From Vulcanimicrobiota bacterium (GTDB lineage: Bacteria > Vulcanimicrobiota > Xenobia > Xenobiales > JADMJV01), in contig JBFWNU010000007.1 in the NCBI GenBank assembly GCA_050250895.1, positions 192,001 to 256,000 of the forward strand: a stretch of 64,000 nt of DNA, written 5' to 3'. The notes beneath the pieces were generated by a model, which was given only the letters and a program-made list of their open reading frames with translations, did not search any database and had not been told where the DNA came from. A program made the translations under genes and the position numbers. Positions 26,123 to 35,027 of this stretch are shown here, one piece after another (within the stretch, counting starts at the first letter, position 1; each line of letters begins with the position of its first letter).

Positions 26123-28891
26123 TTGGTGACTAGCAAGAACGGCAAAACGACAAAGAAAAAGCTTTTTTTGATCGATGGAAATGGTCTGGCCTACCGAGCG
26201 TTTTACGCGGTTTCGCCCATGCAGACATCTTCGGGTATACCGGTGAACGCTGTGGCCGGCTTCGTCGACATGGTGCTTCGCCTTTTGAAGACCGAAAAGC
26301 CCACCCACGTGGCCGTAGCCTTCGACAAAGGGATCCCTACCGAGCGGCTTGACGCCTATCAGGACTACAACGCCCAGCGCGTCGACATGCCTGAAGATCT
26401 GGCCGTGCAATTGCCGATCATTGAAGACTTCGTGCGCGCCCTGGGCGTGCCGGTGTTCAGGGTGCATGGTCACGAAGCCGACGATTGTCTGGGAACGCTC
26501 GCCCACCGGGCCGCCAAGGAAGACTTCGAGGTCTTGATCCTCTCGGGTGACCTCGGCTTGCTGCAACTGGTCGGTCCCAACACCCGGGTGTTGACCACCC
26601 GGCGAGGCATCTCGGACATGGTCATCTATGACGAGAAGTCGGTCAAGAAGCGCTTCAATCTCAAGCCCCAACAGTTGGCCGACCTGCGCGCGCTGGCCGG
26701 TGATTCCTCGGACAACATCACGGGCGTGCCCGGCATCGGCGAGGTTACCGCCAAGAAGCTCCTGTCGCAGCACGGCAGCCTCGAAGACTTGCTTCGGTCC
26801 CTGCATCAGCTACCGGCCAAATGGCGCAATCCTCTGTCCGAGAACAAGGCTCAGGCTCTCGAGTTCAAAGCCCGTGCCTCGATCCGCACTGACCTCGAGC
26901 TGGATATCGATTGGGACAAGTGCCTCTACAGCGGCGTTCCCGTCGAACGTGTGGGCGAGATCTATCAGCGGATGGAGCTCGACAAAGTCCTCGAAGCTTT
27001 GCCCAAGGCCGGCGAACCTGGGGTCGCTGCCGAAGAGAAGCCCGATACGGTCTATTTAGTGACCGGCAAGAAGGCTCGCACCGAGTTGGCCTCTTTGGCG
27101 AAGTCCAAGGCGCCCCTCTCGATCCTCTTCCTGGGGGCCGGCAAGGAGATGGTCGGCCTGGCGGTAGCCGAAGGCGACGCCAAGGCCGTGATCGTGCCGA
27201 TCGGGAAGGGCGCCAAAGCCGTGCCGCTGACCGAAGCCTTCAAGATTCTCCAGCCTGCTCTGGAAGACCCCAAGCGTCGCAAGAACGTCCACAATCTGCG
27301 TTCGTTCCTGATGCTCGAGGTTTCTCGGGGCCTGGATCCGGGTCGCCACTTCTTCGATGTGGGCGTGGCTTCGCATCTGCTCGACTCGCGCGAGGGTAAT
27401 CCCTGGCTCGATGAGGTGGCTCGTCGCTACGGTCTTGATATTCCCGGCGAAGGCGAGTTGCTGGGCCACGGCAGCGGCTATCGCAAGCTCTCTGAAGTGC
27501 CCCTCGAAGAGCTGTCCGATTGGGCGGGACGGCGTGTGCTGGGTCTGGCTCGGCTGGCCCAGCGCCTCGAGGCTCACCTGGAAGAGAACGATCTGGCCGC
27601 TCAGTATTACACGGTCGAGTTGCCGACGGTAGTCGTCTTCTCCAAGCTCGAGCGCGACGGCGTGCCCCTCGACAAGAAGGGGCTCTCGGCGCTGGGTGAG
27701 GCCATCGATTCCCAACTGGCCGAACTCAAGACTCGCATCTATGAGGCCGCCGGAGGCAATTTCGACTTCGACGACCCTAAAGAGCTGGCCGAGGTGTTGT
27801 TCGATCGCATGGCCCTGGCTGTTTCGGCCCGTCCTAAAAATGGTGCCCTGATCGGTAATGACATCTTGACGCAGATCGCCGACCAAAACCCGATCGGGCT
27901 GATGATTCGCGACCACCGCGAGTTGACCTCACTGCGGGCTTCGTTCCAGCTGGCCCTGACTCGCTTCGAGACGCCTCGCCACGGTTGGTTCCAGCGGAGC
28001 GCCCAGTTCCCGGTCACCAACTCCGAGCGGCTCTTGTGGATGGGTCCGGCTGCCGTAGGCGGGGCGGTTGCCACCTTCAACCGGTTGCTCTCCGAGGTCG
28101 AGGGGTTGCCCAATGTCGAATTGCGTAAGCAGTTGTCATCGATGTTGCTAAAGTGCCTCAAGACCTCCAAGCGCAACCATATGTTGCTGGGCTTTGGTTA
28201 TGACCAGTTTCAGCTACGCTTGGCCGCCCATCTTTCCGGCGAGAGCAGCCTGATCGGTGGCTTCGTCAAGCACGATGATGTCGAGGCGATGCTGGCCAGT
28301 CAGGTTTCCGGCGGCGAACTGCTCAACGGAGACCGTCAGGACCTGGTCGATTCGTTGCTGGGCTCGATTGGTGCCCACCGTCTGGCCCGTCGGACCGGAA
28401 TGAGCCCGGAAGATGCCAGTGCGGCAATTCAGACCTACCTGGCCCGCTTCTATGAGAACTATAAGGGGATGGAAGCGTATTTTCAGGGAGAGCTCAACAA
28501 GGTGAAAAGCCGCGGCTGGGTCTCGAGTATCACCGGACGGCGGCGTAATCTGCCCGAGATGTCGAGCCGCAACTCCGACATTCGCGACACGGCCGAGCGC
28601 ATCGCTCGCAACGCCGCCATTCAGTCCTCGGCGGCCGATATTCTCAAGAAGGTACTGGTCGAAATCGATCGCGAGCTGCAAACCGAAAAGCTAAACGCCT
28701 CGATGGTGATGCAATTGCGGGACTTCGTGATTCTCGAGGTCGCCAAGGAGGATGTCGAGGACGTGGCCGACCGGGTGGAACGCCTGATGCATAAAGCTTT
28801 CGGGCTAGATGTGCCCCTGCAGATCACGATTTGTCAGGGCAAGGCCTGGAGTGACTGCAAGGAACTCAAGCGCGCCGCCCTTCGCCGCTAG
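26123..28891 (+). CDS. polA: DNA polymerase I-like protein: 5'-3' nuclease largely intact, polymerase motifs degenerate
   Basis: IDGNGLAYRAF, AFD, EADD and GDSSDNITGVPGIG are present. The C-terminal family A scaffold is kept (GRRR, AERIARNAAIQSSAADILK), but motif A reads FGYDQFQLR and motif C reads QLRDF. Confidence 0.85.
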   Translation: MVTSKNGKTTKKKLFLIDGNGLAYRAFYAVSPMQTSSGIPVNAVAGFVDMVLRLLKTEKPTHVAVAFDKGIPTERLDAYQDYNAQRVDMPEDLAVQLPIIEDFVRALGVPVFRVHGHEADDCLGTLAHRAAKEDFEVLILSGDLGLLQLVGPNTRVLTTRRGISDMVIYDEKSVKKRFNLKPQQLADLRALAGDSSDNITGVPGIGEVTAKKLLSQHGSLEDLLRSLHQLPAKWRNPLSENKAQALEFKARASIRTDLELDIDWDKCLYSGVPVERVGEIYQRMELDKVLEALPKAGEPGVAAEEKPDTVYLVTGKKARTELASLAKSKAPLSILFLGAGKEMVGLAVAEGDAKAVIVPIGKGAKAVPLTEAFKILQPALEDPKRRKNVHNLRSFLMLEVSRGLDPGRHFFDVGVASHLLDSREGNPWLDEVARRYGLDIPGEGELLGHGSGYRKLSEVPLEELSDWAGRRVLGLARLAQRLEAHLEENDLAAQYYTVELPTVVVFSKLERDGVPLDKKGLSALGEAIDSQLAELKTRIYEAAGGNFDFDDPKELAEVLFDRMALAVSARPKNGALIGNDILTQIADQNPIGLMIRDHRELTSLRASFQLALTRFETPRHGWFQRSAQFPVTNSERLLWMGPAAVGGAVATFNRLLSEVEGLPNVELRKQLSSMLLKCLKTSKRNHMLLGFGYDQFQLRLAAHLSGESSLIGGFVKHDDVEAMLASQVSGGELLNGDRQDLVDSLLGSIGAHRLARRTGMSPEDASAAIQTYLARFYENYKGMEAYFQGELNKVKSRGWVSSITGRRRNLPEMSSRNSDIRDTAERIARNAAIQSSAADILKKVLVEIDRELQTEKLNASMVMQLRDFVILEVAKEDVEDVADRVERLMHKAFGLDVPLQITICQGKAWSDCKELKRAALRR

Positions 28892-28907
28892 CCTTCGCGG
28901 TCTGAAA

Positions 28908-28943
28908 AAATTAGAAACCCCGAGAAATCGGGGTTTCTAATTT
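28908..28943 (+). terminator. Perfect 16-bp inverted repeat (terminator or operator) between polA-like and rpsA
   Basis: AAATTAGAAACCCCGA-GAAA-TCGGGGTTTCTAATTT. Confidence 0.7.
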
Positions 28944-29041
28944 CCGGCTTAGAGGAATATATATGGGACAAGTGGAACCGCTGAACCCGTTCGGGCCATC
29001 CTGCCGATGGCACAAGAGCAACTACTAGGAGAAATACAGAC

Positions 29042-30463
29042 ATGACCAACGCACAACCGACTGAGACGACGTCTTCGGAAACGACGCCTACTGGCGAGAA
29101 TGCCGCCACACCCAAGGCCGAGGAGTCGATGGAGTCTTTAATGGCCAGCCACGAGGCCTATGAGGATTCGTTCAAACAACTCAAGCGGGGCGAGGTCCTC
29201 ACCGGTCGTGTCGTACAAATCAATGAAGACAGCGTGATGGTTGACGTTGGTTACAAGACGGAAGGGATCGTGCCCCTGAATCAGCTGTCTCACCAGCGTG
29301 ACGTGAATCCCCATGAGGTGGTCAGCGTAGGTGACGAGATCACCGTAGTGGTCAAGAAGATCAACGACACCGAGGGCACGGTGGTGCTCTCTAAGAAGCA
29401 GGCTGACCTCGAGTCAGCCTGGCTGCGGGTCAACGACGCTTTCGAGAACGGAGAGGTCATCACGGCGACCTGCACCGAGCAGGTCAAAGGCGGCCTGATT
29501 GTCGACCTGGGACTGCGCGGCTTCGTGCCCGCCTCGCACGTCGACACTCGCCCGGTTCACGACCTGTCTGACTATGTGGGCGAACTGCTCCACCTCAAGG
29601 TGCTCGAGATCGATCGCGGCCGGCGTAAAATCGTTCTTTCGCGCAAGAAAGCTCTGGAAGAAGAGCGTAGCAAGATGAAAGAGCAGACCATGGCCGAACT
29701 CGAAGAGGGCCAGATCGTCAGTGGGCACGTGGCTCGCTTGACCAACTTCGGTGCCTTCATCAATCTCGGCGGGGTTGACGGGCTGGTTCACATCTCCGAG
29801 TTGTCGTGGAAGCGCATCAAGCACCCCAACGAAGTGGTTCGCGTGGGCGAGGCAGTCGAAGTGCGAGTGCTCAGTGTCGACCGCAGCCGCGAACGCATCT
29901 CCTTGTCGCTCAAGCAGGCCCGCCCTGACCCCTGGATGACCATGTCCGAGTCGCTGCGGGTCGGCCAGGTTCTCGATGGCCGCGTAACCAAGCTGGCCAA
30001 GAACTATGCCTTCGTCGAGATTGCCGAGGGAGTGGAAGGGCTGGTGCCTCTCAACGAACTTTCTGACTACAAAGTGGTCAAGCCGTCCGAGGTGCTCAAG
30101 CCCGACCAGCCGGTCAAGGTCAAAGTGATCGACGTCAAGCCCGACCAGCGTCGCATTACCCTGTCGATTCGCCAGGCTAGCGGCGGCAGCGGCGGGCCGG
30201 TCCCGGCGTCGGCTTCCTCCGGCTCTGGCGGTGGGTTCACCATCGGCGACCGGCTTCCGGCCAACCTTAAAGCCATGCTCGGCGTGGAAGGTGAGGCTAA
30301 TCAACAGCCCGAGGCCAAGCCTGAGAAGGCTGAGAAGCCTGAAAAGGCTGAGAAGCCTGAAAAGGCCGCCGAGCCGGCCGAGACCCCCGAAGCCTCAGAG
30401 GCCCCAGAAGCCCCGGCCGAAGCTCCGGTCGAGGCAGAGACGAACCAGGAAGTTAGCAACTGA
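29042..30463 (+). CDS. rpsA: 30S ribosomal protein S1 (4 S1 domains, acidic/KPEKAE low-complexity tail)
   Basis: VDVGYKTEG, VKGGLIVDLGLRGFVPAS, FGAFINLGGVDGLVHISELSW and EGVEGLV. RBS AGGAG. Confidence 0.95.
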   Translation: MTNAQPTETTSSETTPTGENAATPKAEESMESLMASHEAYEDSFKQLKRGEVLTGRVVQINEDSVMVDVGYKTEGIVPLNQLSHQRDVNPHEVVSVGDEITVVVKKINDTEGTVVLSKKQADLESAWLRVNDAFENGEVITATCTEQVKGGLIVDLGLRGFVPASHVDTRPVHDLSDYVGELLHLKVLEIDRGRRKIVLSRKKALEEERSKMKEQTMAELEEGQIVSGHVARLTNFGAFINLGGVDGLVHISELSWKRIKHPNEVVRVGEAVEVRVLSVDRSRERISLSLKQARPDPWMTMSESLRVGQVLDGRVTKLAKNYAFVEIAEGVEGLVPLNELSDYKVVKPSEVLKPDQPVKVKVIDVKPDQRRITLSIRQASGGSGGPVPASASSGSGGGFTIGDRLPANLKAMLGVEGEANQQPEAKPEKAEKPEKAEKPEKAAEPAETPEASEAPEAPAEAPVEAETNQEVSN

Positions 30464-31065
30464 GTCTGGTCCTCGGGCTGACGGGCGGGATCGCGGCGGG
30501 CAAGAGCACGGTCGCGGAGATGCTCGCGGACCTCGGAGCCACCGTCATTGATGCCGATCAGGTGAGCCGCAGGCTGATGCAGCCGGGTTCGCCTGTTTTG
30601 CTTTCCCTGGCCGACGCCTTCGGCCCCGAGACCCTCGATGCGCAAGGCGAACTCAACCGCGCCTGGCTGGGCGAGCGAGTGTTTGGCGACGAAGTTGCCC
30701 TGGCGCGCCTGAACGCCCTGACGCACCCGCCGATCTGGCGGGCCATTAGTGAAGACATCGAGGCTCTGCGCGGGCGTGTGCCGGTCATCGTGTTGATGGC
30801 TCCACTGCTCTACGAGCATCAAGCCGAAGACCGCGTGGACGAGGTCTGGGTGATCGACCTCTCGGCCGAGTCCCAGCTTCAGCGCCTTCAACAACGGAAC
30901 GGCCTCAGTCTCGAGGCCGCTCGCGCCCGGGTGGCCGCCCAGATGCCCATCGCAGAGAAGGCTCGCCGGGCCGATGTGGTCATCGACAATTCCCGCTCAC
31001 TGGAGGCAACCCGCCAACAGGTCGAGAACTGTTGGAATAGCCGGATTCTACCCCGCCTTTCCTGA
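30460..31065 (+). CDS. coaE: Dephospho-CoA kinase (probable CTG start overlapping the rpsA stop)
   Basis: The P-loop GLTGGIAAGKSTV lies upstream of the first ATG (30520). IDAD, LNALTHP and ADVVIDNS are present. Confidence 0.92.
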   Translation: MSLVLGLTGGIAAGKSTVAEMLADLGATVIDADQVSRRLMQPGSPVLLSLADAFGPETLDAQGELNRAWLGERVFGDEVALARLNALTHPPIWRAISEDIEALRGRVPVIVLMAPLLYEHQAEDRVDEVWVIDLSAESQLQRLQQRNGLSLEAARARVAAQMPIAEKARRADVVIDNSRSLEATRQQVENCWNSRILPRLS

Positions 31066-31689
31066 ATGACCATTCGACCGCTCGCAGAAGAAACTCGCCC
31101 CCGTCGCCGACCCTGGCTTACTCCTCGAAGCTCTCCCAACCGTCGGCCACGGCCGACGGTGTCTCGGCGTCGCCTGGTGTGGCTAGCTCTGGGCTTGTTC
31201 GGTTGTCTGATGCTGGTGGGACGCTGGCTGGTCCCGCTAGGTTACCCCACAGCCATTCGGCAGGCCTCGCTCGAGGCCGGTCTCGACCCTTACCTGGTGG
31301 CTTCGGTAGTGTTTCAAGAGAGTCGCGGTCGGGCCCAGGCCCGCTCCCATGTGGGCGCGGTGGGACTGATGCAGCTGATGCCTGAAACGGCCGCCTGGAT
31401 CGGCCATCGCCACGATGTCTCGTGGCAGGCAGAGGAGCTGGCCGACCCCGAGCTGAATCTCCGTCTCGGGACGCTCTATCTACGCTATTTGATGCGTGAG
31501 TTTGCCAATAACGAGACTTCTGCCCTGGCCGCCTATAATGCGGGTCCAGGTGTGGTCTCTGGTTGGCAGGGCGAGGGGTCTCTCGAGCCCGACGAGATCC
31601 GCTATCCCGAGACCAGACACTATGTGCGCCGGATCCAGGCCGTGCGGCGGGTGCTACCGCTGCTGTATCCCGAACTGGCCCTGCGCTAA
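31066..31689 (+). CDS. Lytic transglycosylase (SLT domain) with N-terminal TM anchor
   Basis: QES, GAVGLMQLMP.TA, ALAAYNAGPG and YPETRHYV. Confidence 0.92.
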   Translation: MTIRPLAEETRPRRRPWLTPRSSPNRRPRPTVSRRRLVWLALGLFGCLMLVGRWLVPLGYPTAIRQASLEAGLDPYLVASVVFQESRGRAQARSHVGAVGLMQLMPETAAWIGHRHDVSWQAEELADPELNLRLGTLYLRYLMREFANNETSALAAYNAGPGVVSGWQGEGSLEPDEIRYPETRHYVRRIQAVRRVLPLLYPELALR

Positions 31690-31705
31690 CGCAAGAGGAG
31701 CCAAG

Positions 31706-32041
31706 ATGATGATGACCGACTCTAAAGAGAAGTCCAGCAAACCTATTACGAGTTTCTCGAGCTGCGTCGACGAGGACGTGGTGATTTATGTGGCCGAGGC
31801 CGAGCAGCTGAGTCCGCTGGACCTGCCTATCGACAAGGGGTGTTTGGAGGCCCGCCTGGTGGGGGTTGACCGCAAGGGTATTTGGATTGAGCCCGCCGCC
31901 TGGTTGTCTCGAGGCCTTGATTCTGGCGACCAGATTGGCCATGTCTTCCTGAAGTGGGATAACGTGCTGTCGGTCGTTCGCAAAATCGAAAGCGATCTGT
32001 TTGCAGAGCGAAAGGAGTATCGGGGTCTCCGCCCTCGCTAG
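31706..32041 (+). CDS. Small hypothetical protein, possible Sm/Hfq-like beta fold
   Basis: RBS GAGGAG before ATG. Pattern ARLVGVDRKGIWIE...VFLKWDNVLSV. Confidence 0.7.
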   Translation: MMMTDSKEKSSKPITSFSSCVDEDVVIYVAEAEQLSPLDLPIDKGCLEARLVGVDRKGIWIEPAAWLSRGLDSGDQIGHVFLKWDNVLSVVRKIESDLFAERKEYRGLRPR

Positions 32042-32047
32042 CAGGCC

Positions 32048-32476
32048 GTGACCGACCCGCTGCTGTATTTTCTCAAATTTGGGCTGCTGGGCGGTCTGTA
32101 CTTCTTTCTGTTCTGGTTGCTGCGCTTTCTGGTGCGCGATCTGGGGGGACGCTCGGTACCCTCCGGTCCTTCCAGTCAACTCTGGCTGGAGGTGGTCGAC
32201 GGGCACGCCAGCGTCGAAAACCCCGCCCCGGTCGCCTTGAGCGACACCGTCACCATCGGGCGGGCGCCGGGCTGCCAGGTGCAGGTGCACGACCCTTTCT
32301 GTTCGGCTCGTCACGCCCGCCTGGTGCCTCGCGATGGCGGCGTGGTGCTGGAGGACCTCGATAGCACCAATGGGGTTACCATCGACGGCCAAACGGTCGA
32401 GAGTGGCTCACGCCTCAAGGTCGGTCAGCGATTTAGCATAGGAGAGGTCACCTTCGAGATAAAAAAAAAGCCCTGA
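32048..32476 (+). CDS. Membrane-anchored FHA domain protein (FhaB/FipA-like)
   Basis: N-terminal TM, then TIGR, SARHA and DLDSTNG FHA signature. Confidence 0.92.
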   Translation: MTDPLLYFLKFGLLGGLYFFLFWLLRFLVRDLGGRSVPSGPSSQLWLEVVDGHASVENPAPVALSDTVTIGRAPGCQVQVHDPFCSARHARLVPRDGGVVLEDLDSTNGVTIDGQTVESGSRLKVGQRFSIGEVTFEIKKKP

Positions 32477-33702
32477 GGCCAGCACGCGAGGCTGTCGGCC
32501 TGCTGCTGGCCCAGGCGCTGACGGCCGGCGGCTTGCTGTTGGCCGAATTGGCCCAACCCGACAACGGGTCTGACCCGTGGGCTGCCTTTGGCGGGTTGAC
32601 CGTGCTCTGGTGGTGCGTGTGGGCCATCCGCCGGCGTCTGGCCCGCCGCTCGGACCCGACCTTGCTTCCTCTTTGCTGCGCGCTCTCGGGTCTTGGTTGG
32701 GTAGAGGTCTATCGCCTGGACCCCGATCTTGGCCTACGACAGGCAATGTGGTTGGCGCTGGGTCTGTTGGTGTTCGTGCTGACTCTCTGGTTGGTCCGGG
32801 ATTTTCGGCGACTGGAAGACTTTCGCTACCTCTACTTCTTCGCCGGCATCGGGCTGCAACTGGCCGTGATGATTTTCGGGGTCGAGATCAATGGCGCTCG
32901 ACTCTGGTTTCGCTTCGGCAGCCTGCAGTTTCAACCGGTCGAGGTGGTCAAGATCTTCATGATTTTGTTCTTGGCCGCCTATTTCCGCCGCTTTCGGCAG
33001 TGGATGCACTCAGACCGCCAAGGACGCCTGCCGCGCCGCGCTCTGCTGATGTTGGCCCTGGGTTGGATGGCCGCCCTGGGCGTGCTGGTTTTGCAGAAAG
33101 ACCTGGGAATGGCGCTGCTGTTTATGGGGGTCTTTCTGGCCATGTTCTACGTGGCTACCGGACGAGCCGAACTCGTCGGCGCAGCCGGGGCTCTTTTCGT
33201 GGTCGGGGCCGCAGTTGGCTATCGATTGTTCGGCCACGTGCGAGTGCGCGTTCAGGCCTGGCTCGACCCGTTCGCCCACGCCGAGACCGGAGGATACCAG
33301 ATGTGTCAGGCCCTCTTCAGTTTGAGTTGGGGTGGCCTTTTCGGGACCGGTCTGGGAATGGGCAAGCCGCAAATCGTTCCGGAAGCGGCCACCGACTTCA
33401 TTTTCGTGGCCCTGGCCGAGGAGTTGGGTCTGCTCGGGGCTGTGGCTATCCTGCTGTTTGTGCTGTTGTTGGTGCAGCGAGCCTGCCGCATCGCCATGGC
33501 GTGCCGCGATGAATTCAGCGCCCTGGTCGGCATCGGTCTGGCCACGCTGCTCGCCCTTCAAAGCCTGATTATCGTGGGTGGAACTCTCAAGGTCATTCCC
33601 ATGACCGGCATCACCTTGCCCTTCGTCTCTTACGGAGGCAGTTCGATGCTAGCCAATTTCTTGATCCTGGCCTTATTCGAAAGGCTGGCCGATGGAGATT
33701 AG
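32473..33702 (+). CDS. rodA: SEDS-family glycosyltransferase RodA/FtsW (start ambiguous: CTG 32473, TTG 32533, or frameshift fusion to FHA)
   Basis: NGARLW, FQP.E..K, QKDLG, AWLDPF, TDFIF...EELG and PMTGITLPFVSYGGSS. Confidence 0.9.
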   Translation: MRPAREAVGLLLAQALTAGGLLLAELAQPDNGSDPWAAFGGLTVLWWCVWAIRRRLARRSDPTLLPLCCALSGLGWVEVYRLDPDLGLRQAMWLALGLLVFVLTLWLVRDFRRLEDFRYLYFFAGIGLQLAVMIFGVEINGARLWFRFGSLQFQPVEVVKIFMILFLAAYFRRFRQWMHSDRQGRLPRRALLMLALGWMAALGVLVLQKDLGMALLFMGVFLAMFYVATGRAELVGAAGALFVVGAAVGYRLFGHVRVRVQAWLDPFAHAETGGYQMCQALFSLSWGGLFGTGLGMGKPQIVPEAATDFIFVALAEELGLLGAVAILLFVLLLVQRACRIAMACRDEFSALVGIGLATLLALQSLIIVGGTLKVIPMTGITLPFVSYGGSSMLANFLILALFERLADGD

Positions 33703-35023
33703 GGGCCGCATACGACATTTGTCCCTGGTGATGTTGGCCGCCTTTCTGGTCCCCATCTTCCAGCTCTGGAATTATCAGGTCTATCAAAAGGACTTGTTGG
33801 AGCGACATCCGGCCAACCCCCGACGTTCCGAAGACCTTTCCCTGAGGGGACGCATCCTCGACCGCAACGACCAGGTGTTGGCCGAGACCCGGGGCGACCG
33901 GCGCCACTATCCGCTGGGCCCGGCGGCGGCCGGGTTGGTGGGCTATTATCAGCGCCATCTCGGGAGGGCCGGCCTGGAGTTGGCCCTGGACTCCCAGTTG
34001 CAGGGCCGCTCGCGACCGCGCTCGCTGGCCGAAGCCTTGGAGCTGGCCAGGCGCAAGAGCCGTCATGGTGACGACCTGCGCATCACCCTTGACGCCAGGC
34101 TGCAGCGTCATCTCTATGAGGCGATGGCGGGTCGTCGGGGAGCGGTGGTGGTCCTCGACGTGACCAGTGGCGAGGTGCTGGCGGCCACGACTTTTCCCAG
34201 CTTCGAGCCCGAGGATCTGGCCGAAGATTGGAAGGCGCTCAACCAGGACAAGGATGCTCCGCTCATCGAGCGCGCCTCCCAGGGCCTCTACCCGCCTGGT
34301 TCGACGTTCAAAGTGATGATGGCGGCCGGCTTGCTGGACCGAGAGGGATTTTCTCCCCAGGCGACCTTCGATTGCCGAGGGGCCCTGGTGGTAGACGGCT
34401 TCGAGATTACCGACCATGGCCACGGCCGCGTGGATCTCTCGGAGGCGCTGGTCGAATCGTGCAACCTGTATTTCGCGGAATGGGGGCGAAAGATCGGGTT
34501 GGATGGCATCGCCGGGCTAATGATGCGTTTCCAACTGCTCGACGCCCCCGAGGGCGTGCCCGGTAGCAGCCAGGGCCATCTGCCGCGAGCCAAGCCTGGG
34601 CACGAGCAAGTGGCCGCCGCTCAAGCCGCCATCGGTCAGGCCGACATGCTGGTCACACCCCTGGCGATGGCCCGACTGGTCGCCATGATCGCGCGGGGCG
34701 GCGTCGACATCGAGCCCCACCTCATGGCCGCCGAGACCCGCCCCGAACGTTTGCTTTCAGAGCCGGATGCCGCTCTGATCGCGGGCGCCCTCGAGCAAGT
34801 CGTCTCCCGAGGAACTGCCCGATCCGTGGCGGGGAGTGGTTTGGCCGGCAAGACGGGTACGGCCGAGAACCCTCAGGGAGAACCGCACGCCTGGTTTGTC
34901 GGCTATGCACCGGTCAAAGAGCCCCGGGTGGCCGTGGCCGTCATCCTCGAAAACGGCGGCTACGGAGGCACTGCGGCCGCTCCTCTGGCCGCCGAAGCGG
35001 TACGCTTTGCTCTCGAAAAGTGA
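33692..35023 (+). CDS. Class B penicillin-binding protein (PbpA-like)
   Basis: RGRILDRN, YPPGSTFK (SxxK), SCN (SxN), KTGTAE and HAWF. Confidence 0.92.
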   Translation: MEIRGRIRHLSLVMLAAFLVPIFQLWNYQVYQKDLLERHPANPRRSEDLSLRGRILDRNDQVLAETRGDRRHYPLGPAAAGLVGYYQRHLGRAGLELALDSQLQGRSRPRSLAEALELARRKSRHGDDLRITLDARLQRHLYEAMAGRRGAVVVLDVTSGEVLAATTFPSFEPEDLAEDWKALNQDKDAPLIERASQGLYPPGSTFKVMMAAGLLDREGFSPQATFDCRGALVVDGFEITDHGHGRVDLSEALVESCNLYFAEWGRKIGLDGIAGLMMRFQLLDAPEGVPGSSQGHLPRAKPGHEQVAAAQAAIGQADMLVTPLAMARLVAMIARGGVDIEPHLMAAETRPERLLSEPDAALIAGALEQVVSRGTARSVAGSGLAGKTGTAENPQGEPHAWFVGYAPVKEPRVAVAVILENGGYGGTAAAPLAAEAVRFALEK

Positions 35024-35027
35024 GCGA

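Noticed and set aside
26123-28891. polA as a decaying pseudogene
   Set aside because: No frameshifts or stops, normal length, a good RBS and selective retention of structural motifs. Reported instead as a probable pseudoenzyme.
30310-30430. DNA tandem repeat element in the rpsA 3' end
   Set aside because: In-frame coding low-complexity sequence (KPEKAE, EAP repeats) in the S1 tail, not a mobile or regulatory repeat.
31118-32392. 424-aa - strand ORF
   Set aside because: Antisense shadow spanning three well-supported + strand genes.
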